Positions 1-12,666 of a stretch of 64,000 nucleotides of DNA are shown piece after piece. A program made the translations under genes and the position numbers. This stretch comes from Octopus sinensis (lineage: Eukaryota): assembly GCF_006345805.1 (NCBI RefSeq), contig NC_042998.1, forward strand, positions 128,898,001 to 128,962,000, read 5' to 3'. The stretch's first letter is position 1, and the number at the start of each line of letters is the position of its first letter. Under the pieces are notes generated by a model. The model was not told where the DNA came from, did not search any database, and saw only the letters and a program-made list of their open reading frames with translations.

Positions 1-1184
1 TTTTACATGTCACAGGCATGGGCCGGACATGCATAGCTGTAAATAGAAGTTGAGAACTTCTACTTAAACTGTGCATGAAATATGATCTGACCAAGAGAAA
101 CACCCTCTTGAGTTTCAGACAGTGGTTTTACAACTGGTGCCATTCTTTGTCAAAATTGCAACATCTGTTAGATTATGAGTTTATGCATTGGAACAATATT
201 ATGGATATAATCTCTACATATGCCATGAAGTGGACTAACTATTTGACTGCCTACTCATGTGTATAACATGTAATTTGTCTGTAATTTGTCTGAATTACAA
301 GAAATGTAGTAGCATTGTAATAAAAAGATTGGATGACAACAGAAAAATCCTTAAGTGCATCATCCTTAAGTAAATATAATTGGCAAACTGAAAATGTTAC
401 TTGGCATTACAACAGTTAGTAGTTTTGGGGAGCAACTTTGTGTGGCAACCTACAAAACAATGCTGTCTTGATTGGTGTCCCCAGTTGGCAAGCATCCCGA
501 CCAATTTGATGGAAATGATACAAATATTCAATAGCTGCTACTTGAATGAAAAATTCCATAAAGCCATTCTATGTAGATGAAATACATTGCAAGTTAACAA
601 TCAAAGATGTAAATGTCTTGTTACTGAACATTTTGCTGGTGTTGAAGGCCAATAGTGGAACTAGAAGCAAGATAAAGTTCAGGTGCTGGCTGATTCAAAC
701 AATGCCAGTTGTATACCAGTTCCCAGAACAGTAAGGATGGCTCATACTTTTACACTGAGAAAAATATTATTAGAAAATGGTAGCAGGAACATTTTAGTGA
801 GTTACTAAATTAGCCTTGAACAATTTTTCTGAAATTCTCTGGAGTACATTCAACATGTTTCCAAGAGATATTAGTTTTAATTTTCTGCTGACTATAGAAG
901 AGCTGAAGCTACCACCCAAGAGACAAAACTGAGGGGCAACTCCTGGTGGGATAGAATTGTGTTGTAGATTCCACTTATCTTCAGAGAATGTTAGCGATGT
1001 AATGATCTGCAACAGTTCAAAAATGCAGATAGCCACTATTTGCAAATAAAAATTATCAAATTCTGGCAAAATTACTGTTTAGGTAACTGATAAAAAGAAC
1101 AAAAAAACAAACACAAAAAAAAAAAAAGAATTTTTCTTGAATGCCAATCTGAATTTTTCATGTTTAGGAATACTGCTGGTGTCA

Positions 1185-1453
1185 TGTAAAAGCATCCATT
1201 CCAGTGCCATGTAAAAGTGTCTATGCCACTGCCTGTGTTAGCACCATGTAAAAGTGCCCATGTAGGTGCTGTGTAAAAGTGTGCCATGTAAAAAGCACCC
1301 AGTGAAATGTTTGGCATTAAGAAGGGCATCCAACTGAATAAACCGTGCTAAAATGGACAGTTGGAACCTGGGCATCTCTCCAGCTGGCCAGCTCCTGTCA
1401 AACCGTCCAACTTATGCCAGCATGGAAAATGAATGTTTCATGATGATGATGAT
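1185..1453 (+). mobile_element. SINE family C (GCATGGAAA..CGTTAAA-(TGA)n tail), decayed copy
   Basis: Ends GGCATTAAGAAGGGCATCCAACTG...TGTCAAACCGTCCAACTTATGCCAGCATGGAAA then (TGA)n; homologous to 10670-10960 (+), 2022-2225 (-) and 8585-8775 (-); internal TGTAAAAAGCA repeats. Confidence 0.75.
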
Positions 1454-1529
1454 AAAATCAGGAAAAGCTGTTGTCTTCTTTGTTTTGTTCAGGTTCCTTT
1501 CTGGTTGTGGTATATGAAAACATGGAAGG

Positions 1530-2000
1530 TGACAGCTGGATGAGGAAGTGCTGTGATATCTGCATCTGAGAACTTCTCTTTGTTGATGACTCAGCTCTGG
1601 GAGTTCATTTCTTGGAAATTATCCAGAAAATTACACATGATCCTGAATATACAGTGACAAGCCTTTGGCTTTTCAGTTGTCAGAAAAATAGTGAAGTCAT
1701 ATATTATTAACTTGAACCTGGTGTGATGGAATATAAACAATCGTAAATCAAATGGAATATATAACAATTATGCAGTATGAAGAAGTTCAAATATTTGGGC
1801 AGTACAAATTTTTATGACAGCAGCTGGACATAGTCTGCTGTGGTGACTATTTGGAAGCTCAGTAATGGACTGCAGAAATAGCGAGGCATAAAACAGTCAA
1901 CAAAATGCAAAGTGTATCTAACAGCAGTGTTATGCCACTTATTGTTCTCTACTGACACCTACACACTCTGTCATCAATGCATCAAAAACCTAATAAAATA
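1530..2000 (+). mobile_element. Heavily decayed RTE-clade LINE reverse-transcriptase fragment
   Basis: Broken frames give ELLFVDDSAL (~1570-1600, cf. LLFADD), KKFKYLGST (~1780-1806) and TKCKVY (~1900-1917), in RTE/BovB RT order. Confidence 0.6.
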
Positions 2001-2021
2001 CCAATAATATCTTATATGAAA

Positions 2022-2225
2022 TCATCGTAATCTTCATTTAACGTCTACCCTCCATGCTGGCATGGGTTAGACGGTTTGACGGTTGGAACTGATGAGCTGG
2101 AGAACTGCACCAGGTACCAGTCTAATTTGGTATGGCTTCTACAACTTGATGCCCTTCCTAATGCCAGCCACTCCAGGAGTGTAATGGGTGCTTTTACATG
2201 CCACACGGGTGCCATTTACATGGAA
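2022..2225 (-). mobile_element. SINE family C copy, inverted relative to 1185-1453
   Basis: ATTTAACGTCTACCCTCCATGCTGGCATGGGTTAGACGGTTTGAC...GATGCCCTTCCTAATGCCAGCCACTCC is the reverse complement of the family C tail. Confidence 0.75.
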
Positions 2226-2774
2226 CCAACAGTGAACATGACTACAATTCATGGATGCCATGTAAATGATGAAATATAATGAATATTCTTGACAAAACCA
2301 TCTGCCAACTAAGGGATCTTGCATCTTGCAACTACATCTAATGTTGAATGTATCTTTCTAGAATCATAGTAGTAGTGGGTGGGATGTGATTTGTATAGCC
2401 GGCTCTAGGATCTCTAAGTTTGTACTCTACTGTTATCTGAAATGTGGAGGCTACTGATAAGGGCTGCTGAAACTCTGATATTAGGATGTGTATAATTAAG
2501 TGATATTTAATTGAAATGGATGACTGCATAGGACAAGATATTGGCCAAGTACAAATGATGCCAGAGAGAATTAATGAAAGGTATAAGGAAGGAAAAAGAG
2601 CCATCAGTATTCTGCATTTTTTGTGATCATGGATGTACCAGCACTTTTAGTTGCTGCAGTTCCATGAAAGTGTGAAGCATCATCAAAGAACTTTCTTCAG
2701 GAAAATAAATTCTTTTCTGCTATCACTTCATATATGATTATATGATGGTTAGTGTGATCCCCCTCCCCCCCACA

Positions 2775-3235
2775 CAGAGGAGCCCCTTATTCAACAAGGT
2801 TTTAATTAACGTGTTTCAAGTTTGTACTATTTATTAACTGTAACCTGCTTTTCTTCAACTTTAGATAAATTTTCGTGCAACATGGTTCGTGCATCATAAA
2901 ATTAAAAATATCATAGCAAACATTATATTGCCATAGAAATAGCTGGCAGCTGGCAGTAGAAACCCTTGTTTCTTTTATTTTTCTCTTTCTCCTCATGATA
3001 TCACTTATTTTTCATTTTTAATTAGAATACTTTTCCCCATCAGCAATGGATAACAGGGAAAATGAATTTGAGAATGACTTCATTTAAAGCGGGTAAAAAG
3101 CTTTTACTTTAGGGAAGGAACTTGAAATAATTAAAAATTATGATAATGGTGCTAGAAAGTAAGTGATTGCCCACAGGTTTAGATTGAATGAAATGACTAT
3201 GCACTATTTCTAAAGCAACCTGAAGATTATCAGAA

Positions 3236-3267
<32 letters not shown>

Positions 3268-3720
3268 AAACAGATGGCTTCATCTTCGACAGCAATGCAA
3301 TCAACTTCAAATTAGAATGAGGAGATGATTGAAATGGAAGACTTATTACTCATATGGAATGAAGACTGTAATCAGTTGTATTCCATTGAGTACCCAGACT
3401 TTAAAATGGAGGCTTTGATCCTGTTCTCTACCTTGAAAGGAGACAATAAAGCAGAAGTTAGAAATAAACTTATAAGTAGTTTTGTGTGGTTCAAATACTT
3501 AAAGTGATCTGGTTTGCACAACATGAGAATTCAAAGTGAATCTGCCAGTGATGAGGAAACTGAAGAAAAATTTCAAGTAGATTTTCAAAGGCTTACGGAA
3601 GAAGAAAGTTATGATGACAGATTTTCAAAGTTGATGAGAATACTTTAGTTTGGAAGGACACATCCCTGCAAAACTTACCTTGCTAATACAACATGCAAGT
3701 TCACCAAATGATTGATAATG
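2775..3720 (+). mobile_element. Decayed Tigger/pogo (Tc1-mariner) transposon: HTH-psq, CENP-B HTH and start of DDE domain
   Basis: ELEIIKNYDNG (psq HTH); MEDLLLIWNEDCNQ...FVWFKYLK*SGLHNMRIQSESAS (CENP-B HTH and linker); FKVDENT..WK (DDE start). Many stops and frameshifts. Confidence 0.7.
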
Positions 3721-4930
3721 CAATGAGCTGCTAAAGAAAAGTGTTGGAAGATGAGAGGAAGTAGAATGAATTTTTTTTTTGAAAAAAGTATTAAATGTTA
3801 GAATAAATTTGTTTTATTGTATTTTAACTTGTTTTCCTTTTGGGCAGGTAGTTAGGGAGAAAATATGTGAAAAAAGAGGATGTTTGAAAAATAAGCAAAA
3901 AAGGAGTTGGATGAATTGTAATATTTTACACTTGTATATTTATATTTATCATTTTATATATGATTATTACATTTACCTTGGCACTTTAAAGGGACTGGTT
4001 GTGTTAAGTGAGGAATTTGTGCATGTGTATATGAATATATGTAATATATATATATATATACTTTATGTTATGAGTTCTACTTTTCCTGTTTGCATCACAA
4101 ACCCTGTATGAACATATGCATGTACTTGTATAGGCACACCTTTGTATACAGATGCACAGTCAATGTGTTTGTTTATTATATTGGTAACTAAAATGGAATA
4201 AAATGTAGGGTTGCTCAAAAGAGAACTTGGCAGAACCATTAATACCATTTCAATAGCTGAGTGAATCCAGAGAGAAACAAAACCATAATAGCAGCAGCAG
4301 CAGCAACATAACCGCACCTGCAAACAACAGGAACAACAACCGGCTAATTCTAAACATTGGTTATTGCAAAACAAATTGTTTTGAGAAACGCATTGGAATT
4401 TCTTTGAGTGAAAGAAACAAACAACAAACAACAAAAAAAACATGAAGTTGCTTTTGTTCTTTTTTTTTGCTTGTTGTTACCAATTTTATAATATACATCA
4501 TCATCATCATTATTATTTGCCTTACAGTAATAACCATTTGTGTTATCATTTTTGCATTATTGTTCATTATTGTTATCATTGTTATTATTGTTATTGTGTT
4601 TGTTGTTGTTGTTGTAACATTTATTTTATCTATTTTATCAAAGAATTTATTGAATATCTGGTGGGTGGGTGGATGCTGGGTGGGATGACGACAAAGAAGG
4701 GAAGCAAAGAATTGGAATAGATGTGAGACTGTAAAAGGAAACTACCGATTATATAAAATAGATGTTTTGTGGTTGGTTGGATGGATGGCTGGCTGGCTGG
4801 CTGGAAGGATGGAGGGATAGTTGGAGCATGGAAGAAGAGAAAGAGTGTCTGTATGTGTGTATGGAATATTCTGGAATGTTTCTCTAAATAAAATCAGATT
4901 TAAAATAAAAAAAAAATATCCAATAATAAT

Positions 4931-5148
4931 AATCCTTTCTACTATAGGCACAAGGCCTGAAATTTGTGAGGAGGGGACTAGTCAATTATATTGACCCCAA
5001 TGCTCAACTGGCACTTCTGTTATTGAACCCCGAAAGGATGAAATGCAAAGTTGACCTCGGCAGAATTTGAACTTAGAATGTAAAGATGGGCAAAACGCTT
5101 AGCAACATTTTACCTGGTGTGCTAGCAGTTCTGCTATCTCACTGCCCT
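4931..5148 (-). mobile_element. SINE family A (tRNA-derived; GGCGGCGAGCTGGCAGAA head, (TTA)n tail), CpG-decayed
   Basis: Reverse complement of the head and core of 20293-20513 and 27871-28082 (GAAAGGATGAAATGCAAAGTTGACCTCGGCAGAATTTGAACTTAGAA); flanked by (TAA)n. Confidence 0.85.
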
Positions 5149-5171
5149 AATGATGATGATGATGATGATAC

Positions 5172-5199
<28 letters not shown>

Positions 5200-5203
<4 letters not shown>

Positions 5204-5758
5204 GCCCTAATGCAGTACCAGGCAGTGGCTCTCATGGCTTCTCATCTTAACTAATTGGAAGTGTTATCATGTACATTATTTTGTCTTGGTATAAAATATG
5301 GGCTACAGCAAATATTCTGCTTAATACCACAGATTTGCTTGTCAGTTGCTTGGCCATAACCAGTTGAGCATGTCCCTTAGTGGCTGACAATATGTGCGTC
5401 TCTAACCATGAGCAGAAGTAGTGAGGGAGCATCATAGCCATATGTTCAGAGGAATTCTTTGGGATTTGGATAATTCACCTCTGGAAACATGGGTGTTTCG
5501 TTCAACATCCTTAAACAACCCTTATTCAGGGACCTTTTCAGCGGGTTTGGCTACTCAATTTGAAGAAAATTCCAGCTGGGTTCCACTTGCAAGGTCATGT
5601 GTTGTTTATCTTGATATGTGATCACCATATTGCCCACATATGGTTGTAATGCATGTGCTTGGTGTACCCTTATCAGATGGATAGTCATGATGGGTATACT
5701 AGGCTTCGTATATTTTACCCCAGTGTCACTTTGATGGCATGCACTGCTCTCTCACTCA
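5200..5758 (+). mobile_element. ~560-bp non-coding insertion flanked on both sides by (TAA)n; class uncertain, possibly R4/Dong-mobilised
   Basis: Complex GC-richer sequence sharply bounded by AATAATAAT tracts at 5174-5200 and 5758-5768; no protein motif recognised. Confidence 0.45.
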
Positions 5759-5768
5759 ATAATAATAA

Positions 5769-5952
5769 CTTTTCTACTATGTGGGCTGAAATTTTGTGGG
5801 AGAGACCCAGTTGATTACATTGACTCCAGTGTTCAATTGATACTTATTGTATCAACCCTGAAAGGAAGAAAAGGAAAAGTTGACCTTGGCGAAATTCGAA
5901 CTCAAAACATAAAGACAACATTTTGTCTGGCAAGCCAATGGTTCTGCCATCT
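5769..5952 (-). mobile_element. SINE family A, decayed
   Basis: AAAGGAAGAAAAGGAAAAGTTGACCTTGGCGAAATTCGAACTCAAAACATAAAGAC core. Confidence 0.8.
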
Positions 5953-5989
5953 CAGTGCTTGAATAATAATAATAATAATAATAATAACA

Positions 5990-6161
5990 AACACATATAA
6001 CATACAGAAAATTGTACTACTCGGCACTGCACACATCCTACGCAGTACACTTTCAATACAGTAACTATCAGAGTATCACAACAAATCACAGCACATACCC
6101 AAGGCGCACAGAGCTGCGCTCGGTAGTGAAGTGAAAGCACACTATAAAAATAAAACTACTG
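5990..6161 (+). mobile_element. 5'-truncated 3' tip of an R4/Dong-like LINE, inserted in (TAA)n
   Basis: Near-identical to 40075-40246 (TYNIQKIVLLGTAHILRSTLSIQ* plus 3'UTR ...AAAATAAAACTACTG-AATAATAAT). Confidence 0.85.
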
Positions 6162-6191
6162 AATAATAATAATAATAATAACAACAACAAG

Positions 6192-6745
6192 AACACTCAG
6201 AGAGTGCAAACTTCTGCCAAGGCAACACCAATATCCTCTCAATGATTAGCCAGAGCTGATTTTTAAAATGAGAATATCTGAAATAAACTCAACTGCTCTC
6301 ACAAACGAGAATACTAAAAATGAACCCGACGGCTCTCAAAAATTAAGTAAAGAAACTAGAAAAATAATCTAGAATCCTTGTCTTGTATATGATCAATCCT
6401 AATGGTAGTTATGGACTGTGAAGGTGGCTGTAGAAAATTTAGTAACAGTAATAAATAGTTTATCCTTAGTTAAAGTTAACAAATTCACCATTCAAAATAG
6501 TTACAGCCCAAAGGGAGATAATTGAGAAAGACTTGAAAGTTAACATAAGATCTTAATCATGTAAAGTAAATATTGTCCGGTAGTGGATTGATCCCCAAAT
6601 CTAATCAGTTTGTGCCAGTCACAAGGCCAAACATCTCTGAAAGTTTCATCTGAATCCATGTTGTGGTACTTGAAATATCTTATCCACAGATAAACAAGCA
6701 TGTCTGAAAGCAATACCTCCACCTTTGCTAAGGCAGAGGTAATAA
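6192..6745 (-). mobile_element. Non-autonomous Helentron/DINE-like (or Crypton-like) element
   Basis: Reverse complement of the two ends of 17895-19313: subterminal repeats TACCTCCACC..GGCAGAGGTA and terminal hairpin CACTCAGAGAGTG. Confidence 0.6.
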
Positions 6746-6758
6746 TGATAGTCATTAT

Positions 6759-7422
6759 GGTTTCAAATTTTGGCACAAGGTCAGCAGTTTTGTAGTAGGG
6801 AGATCAGTGGAATACATCAACCTTAGTACTCAACTGGTACTTATTTTATTAACCCTGAAAAGAAGAAAGGCAAAGTCGATCTTGGCAAAATTTGAACTCA
6901 AAACATAAAGACAACATTTTGCCTGGCATGTTAATGGTTCTGCCATCTCAGTACTTTAATACTACTACTACTACTAATACTAATAATAATAATGATTTCA
7001 AATTTTGGCACAAGGCCAGCAATTTCAGTACTTATTTTATCAATCCAGAAAGGATGAAAGTCAAAGTCAACTCCGGCGGAATTTGAACTCAGAACATAAA
7101 GATGGTTGAAATGCCACTAAGCACTTTGTCCTGCATGTTAACGATTCTGCCATCTCGCTGCCTTAATAATAATAATAATAGTAGTAGTAGTAGTAGTAAT
7201 AATGATAATCCTTTCTACTATAGGCACAAGGCTTGAAATTTGGGGGAAGGAGGTAAGTCGATTACAGCAACCCCAGTGCGTAACTGGTACTTATGTTACT
7301 GACTCTGGGAGGATGAAAGGCAAAGTTGACCTTTGCAGAATTTGAACTCAGAACGTAAGGATGGACAAAATATCGCTAGTGTTTTTGCACAGCATAACAA
7401 CGGTGCTGCCATCACAGTGCCT
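6759..7422 (-). mobile_element. Three head-to-tail SINE family A copies (6759-6950, 6995-7163, 7207-7422)
   Basis: Each has the GAAAGGATGAAAG(G/T)CAAAGT..GAATTTGAACTCA core; separated by (TAA/TAC/TAG)n tracts. Confidence 0.85.
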
Positions 7423-8584
7423 TAATGATGATAATGATAAAAATAACAATAATAATAAAAATAATGATAATGATAAAACCAACTGAAAGCTAAGAAACCA
7501 ATAAAGACAAACAAAAAATAGAGTATGACAATAACTGGAATATAAATAACTAAAAATGCTAAATGAATAAAGTAATATGGTTAAACTGAAAATCTAAAAT
7601 ATCTCATCTAAAACAACTACTACTACTACTACTACCACCACCACCACCATGTAACTAAATCTCCCCCTCTTAAAGAATGTGAATATACTATAATAATCTC
7701 TTGAAAGATTAATATATGTTTGTGTGTGTGTGTGTGTATGTCTGCATGTGTGTATGTGTGTGTGTCTATGCATATGTGTGTTTATACATACGTGTGTGTG
7801 TGTGTGTGTGTGTATACATGTGTGTATGTGTATACATATATCTGACTATGTGTGATTCTGTGTGTATATTTATTTATTTAAATTAAAGAAGATAACAAAT
7901 GGAAGTAAAAGGAAAATGTTAATAGGGAGTCAAAATGATGTTATAGAATTCCTGACGAAAGCAAATTTTAGAATTCTGTGTATTCATTGCCAATGGCTTT
8001 TCCTATAGGAATCAGCGATAATCTTTCTTTTGAGACGTAACTTTGGCTCCTTCTGCTTTAGAAATGGTGCCGTGTGTTTTGGAATTTCCATTTGCATTCC
8101 AATTTTTATTTCTTAATTTTTTTTAATTTTCTGTTTAAGAAATTTTGTTGTGTAGTTATGTTCTTTTTTTTTGTTTGTTTTACTTAGTGTTTTTACTTTT
8201 GTTTTCACTGTTTGCTTATTTTATTTTTTATTTATTTGATGTTTTTTTTAAACCTAGTAATTGATGGAAAATTAGCTTGTATTCTTGTTCTGCAAATCAT
8301 GTTATGATTTCTTTTACAATATTGGCATCAAGTGAAAAGAGGTCTGGCTTTGGTATCATCAATGAAGTTATTGGTGCTGGTTTTGATGTGCTGATCAACA
8401 CTTGCAGTGAGGCGACTTAGAGCCTACTCTTTTTTTGCTTGCTTACAACGATACTACTGCTATGGATGGGTGTTAATGAGAAAATCTCTCTGTGCTCACT
8501 GAACCTGTTTGAAATAATAGCCAAGCCTTCCTCAAATTACTCTTCATCACCTTAAAGAAGAAGGTCACGTTGGTTGATGTAGTA

Positions 8585-8775
8585 TCATCAGCATCATCAA
8601 CATGTTTTTTCATGCTGGCATGGGTTGGAGAGGTTGACAGGAGCTGGCAAGCTGAAGAGCTGCCCAGGCATCATTTCTACAACTGGATACCCTTTCTAAT
8701 GCCAACCACTTTACAGAGTGTACTGGGCGCTTTTACGTGGCACCAGCATGGCTGCTTTTTATGTGGTATCAGCAC
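8585..8775 (-). mobile_element. SINE family C, decayed
   Basis: CATCATCA...TTTCATGCTGGCATGGGTTGGA...CTGGATACCCTTTCTAATGCCAACCACTTTACAGAGTG. Confidence 0.7.
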
Positions 8776-9710
8776 CTACAAGCCTTCAAGATTAGGATCC
8801 CTCAGTTGAAGAGGGATGTAGGGACATGCCTGTTTGCAAGGATAACCACAGTATTATGTAGCTTGATGTGTCTTCTCAAGCACAGCAAACTGCCAGAAGT
8901 TTTGGTCTCTAGTCATCCCCTCTGTAAGGCCCAGCATCTGAAGATCTTTTCTTACCAGTTTGTCCCATGTTTTCCTGGATCTACCCTTTCCACATGTCCT
9001 CTCCACAATAAGAGATCATTACTTGTAAAAGACAAGAAGGTTGTGGCTGGAGTGTCTTTGATCAAAGGACTACTTGACCTGGGGCTAAACAACAACAACA
9101 ACAATAAAAAGAAGTACTATAATTGTAAGAACCACTTCTGGTAGCTCTCAGTTAATGCATTCAGTGTGTTAATTAACTGATTAGTATTTACTTCTGTCAG
9201 CTAACAGTTAAGGATGGATAAATTTTATGTTTAATTAGTGATGCATAAAATAGATAATATTTTAATTTTGTATTTGGCTTGCAAGATTCTTGATGTGAAC
9301 CCATGTATTGAAACAGATTTTGTTGTATCTCAAAAGGGTCATTATTATTAATAAGTGTGCATGCACATACACACACACCTGTTCTTTTTCACTAATAGTT
9401 GACTAATAATGATAATAGAAGTGAAATAGAACCAGTGTTGTGTGTATGCTTATTATTGGCATAATGACCCTCCTGAGACACAACAAAATACATAAATATT
9501 TATCTTGTTTAATTGCTCTATAGAGATGGCTTGATTGTTGTTTGGCCCCAGGTCAGTTTTGATTGAGTAAACCTGTGAGCAAAAATATTCCAGCCATGAT
9601 CTTCCTGTTTTTTTATTAAAAAAAAAATTTTAAGTGATATGTAGGACTATATTGTACATTGTGTCCCATTTTTGTTTTAGCAAGGAGTGATTCCATAGAT
9701 TTCACTTCTA

Positions 9711-9788
9711 CAGGATGGCCTGAAATTCAAACTACCTTTTAATATATTTGAATGTACTAAGTGGTAGAGCAAATTTTGGACCACCCTG
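9711..9788. mobile_element. Tiny Tc1/mariner-type MITE
   Basis: TA|CAGGATGGCCTGAAATT ... AATTTTGGACCACCCTG|TA: imperfect TIRs with TA target duplication. Confidence 0.55.
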
Positions 9789-10490
9789 TATTTCTACCAG
9801 GTTAAGTGACCACATAGACACTTCCCTGATGATTGTTTCCTCTATATGCCCCCAGTTTGTAAATATAACACTTTTACTAGATACCTTAAGATGGGTAAAT
9901 ATACCCATTCCTCTAAAGTTGGGAATTTCCTTTTTGTAATTTTGCTCTGGTGTTCTTACTTTGTACAACTTGACTATGTCTGAGGTAGAATTCCTATGTT
10001 GGTGATTCTCATAACCCATTTCATAGAACAAAATTAAAGAATCCATTTTTATACAGTCTATGCAACTGGGTTACATTAATCTGGCTGGTCCCATCTCTCG
10101 ATAAAGCTATGGATATGGAAGTATTTGAAATCAGCTTTGAAATATCAAATACTTGCTTCTCATGACAATGTATTGTGGTACCTGTTTTCAATTAGGTGGA
10201 CTGGGCTTTTGACATATGCCGTATTCAAACCATTTGTCATTCAACCAGTAGTGAGATATTTTATTGAAACAACTTACTACAACTAAGGCAGCCATCTCAC
10301 AGAAAATTCTGCTACTGAGAATACTCACTTTGTTCTTGTTAAAGTATTATTTCTGTCACTGATGGCTAACTTGATGCTCAAGTTCTTAGGCCAAGCATTG
10401 TCTTGTATAGTAAGTTTAAATCTGTGAATTGAAACTCTGCACCTATTTGGGAACAGAATTTGATTCTTGATTACTTTGGTTCAAATAGTT

Positions 10491-10544
10491 CTTACCCATT
10501 ATATATCTGTATCCTTACCCATTATATATCTGTATCCTTACCCA
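10491..10544. repeat. 23-bp tandem duplication (CTTACCCATTATATATCTGTATC, ~2.3 copies)
   Basis: Read directly. Confidence 0.9.
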
Positions 10545-10669
10545 AGGAAAGTGTTGCGTCTGATCCATTTAATGTCAGGAAACTGGAAATAATTACTGGT
10601 CCTTAAAATCTCTTTAGGGTTTAGGAGTCATTTGCATGTTTATAAATATAATATATAATGTTTGTGTAA

Positions 10670-10960
10670 AAGCATTCAGTTCATGTAAAAAGCATCCAGT
10701 CCACACTGTAAAGTGGTTGGCATTTGGAAGGGATCCAACTGTAAAAACCCTGCCAAAACTGACCTCATCTGTGCTGGTGCCATGTAAAAAGCACTCTATC
10801 CACTTTGCAGAGTGGTTAGTGTTAGAAAGGGCATCCAGCTATAAAAACTATGCCAACAGACACTGAAGCTTGGTGCAGTCTTCTGCCTAGCCATCTCCTG
10901 TCAAACCGTCCAGCCCATGCCAGCATGGAAAGCAGACGTTAAATGACAATGATGATGATA
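10670..10960 (+). mobile_element. SINE family C with internal duplication, ending ~50 bp before the exon acceptor
   Basis: ...TGTCAAACCGTCCAGCCCATGCCAGCATGGAAAGCAGACGTTAAATGACAATGATGATGA tail. Confidence 0.8.
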
Positions 10961-11012
10961 TATGTATTCATACTTGTTGAAGACCAATTCCTTCTTGATT
11001 CATTTATTGCAG

Positions 11013-11117
11013 ATATCTCGCCCACAAAATATTACAACTGGTTACAAAACATTTAAACATTTACATGATTCCAAAAAACGTCGACGTGATACCAGCCGTT
11101 TTTTCAACCAGCACTAT
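11013..11117 (+). CDS. B4GALT7: Beta-1,4-galactosyltransferase 7, penultimate coding exon (105 bp, phase 0/0)
   Basis: Pyrimidine tract + TTGCAG acceptor and GTAAGT donor. Encodes [35 protein letters not shown], matching the recalled human segment [35 protein letters not shown] (GT7 HxH motif). Confidence 0.93.
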
Positions 11118-11312
11118 GTAAGTATTTTCTCTTGTATTCATGTGTTAGTCTCTTTTTTTATAGCTTTTCCACAACATTGATGCTTTTTTTTTGCCATAAC
11201 ACCATATTATGCAAATGTCAGTTTGTCTCTGTTTTTATTGCTGTTGTTTAACCCCAAGTCAGCACTGACTGGACAAACCTCTGCTTGTGTATGCTGTGTC
11301 TGTTTCTGTGTT

Positions 11313-11834
11313 TTCTAACTAGAAAGGGTATGGCCTGGTCAGCCTATAATGATATGCATAAGATCTGGTCATCAAATCTAAGTAGAGATTTCAAACTTAA
11401 AATCTTCAAAGCCACAGTCGAACCAATTCTACTATATGGCTCAGAAACCTGGACGTTATCAAAGAAGCTTGAGAGGCAGTTGGATGGAACTTACACTCAC
11501 CTCCTTATGAGAGCTCAAAATCTCTCATGGAAGCGTCATCCAACCAAAGTATAAATATATGGGAAATTACCACCTGTATCATCTCTTGTGAAAGGTAGAA
11601 GAGTCCAGTTTGCTGGACATTGTTGTAGAGCTGAAAACGAGGTAATTTCTATTCTTCTCCTCTGGAAGCCATCTGCTTGCGATACTAGAGGGCACACACT
11701 CTCCTACCCTGGTGTAATCTCCAGGGATACAGGCATCCAGCAACAGGACCTTCGTAATGCTATGATGGACCGTGAAGTCTGGCGTAGCATAGTAAATTCC
11801 ATTGTCTCGACCACGGTCGAACAATGATGAATGA
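11313..11834 (+). mobile_element. 5'-truncated RTE-clade LINE 3' end, relatively young intronic insertion
   Basis: KLKIFKATVEPILLYGSETWTL...RRVQFAGHC...AMMDREVWRSIV; (TGA)-type tail; 12-bp TSD TGTTTCTGTGTT at 11301-11312 and 11835-11846. Confidence 0.9.
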
Positions 11835-12666
11835 TGTTTCTGTGTTGTGATATGCTTGAGTGATACTTGTCATAAGTTTTACCTACTGAAAGTGGAGCCT
11901 GATTTCATTGTATCTAAAAGGAGAGGATTCCTTCAATCTTTCAGGAGGCTGGATTTATTTTCTGTAATGAACTTAAACTGTTTTCAAAATCAGGAGGATA
12001 ATTGATAATTAATATTATTTAAAATGCTATGTGCAATGCAGTAATACAATAATACCAGTGATACTGTGCCTCACATTTATTCAGAAGTGAGTAAAGCATG
12101 GATTTCATAATGACATTAGTAGCATTAATGAAAGTTTCTCTGATTAGTTCACTGTGGACTTGAAGCTATGTTGCAGCTATGTCAAGAAATATTGTAAATA
12201 TATTAAATCCAAGAATTATTTCTAGTCTTGCTCTAAAATAAATTTGATATTATGACCAAGAGATAACATGTAGGCAGAGAATAGAGAACTTGTGATTCCA
12301 GCTTCAGTGCTGCCAGAACCTTAATATCAGTGGTCAGTTAGATTGTTTATGCCAGTGAATATCCAGAAGAAATTGCATGTTGTTTTGTGTGTTAAGTAAT
12401 TTTTACTGAAAATATAATGGAAAAGATGTACTTATCAACATAAGAAATAGCAAACTAAATTTATTTTTTAGTCCTTTCTTTAGTTTTTCTCTTTATTTGT
12501 CTTTTTTCTTTGTTCCTCTCTTTATTCTTTCCTTTCTTTTCCGCTGCTTTATCATTGAAAAAAGCAAGCAAATATTTTTCATCAATACACCACTGTTACA
12601 AAACAACATACTAACTAACTAAACTCTATTTTTGAATCTCATTTTTTTGCTCTGTTTATGTTGCAG

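Noticed and set aside
4209-4264. Possible terminal exon (LLKRELGRTINTISIAE*) followed by CAG repeats
   Set aside because: Weak acceptor with no pyrimidine tract, and no similarity to B4GALT7 or any protein I recognise.
9800-10480. Possible Gypsy RNase H/integrase relic on the minus strand
   Set aside because: Motif resemblance too faint to support.
10491-10544. CRISPR-like or other spaced array
   Set aside because: Simple tandem duplication without spacers in eukaryotic DNA; no such array anywhere in the window.
1-11012. Upstream B4GALT7 exon carrying the WGWGxEDD motif
   Set aside because: Not found by eye; it probably lies before the window start.
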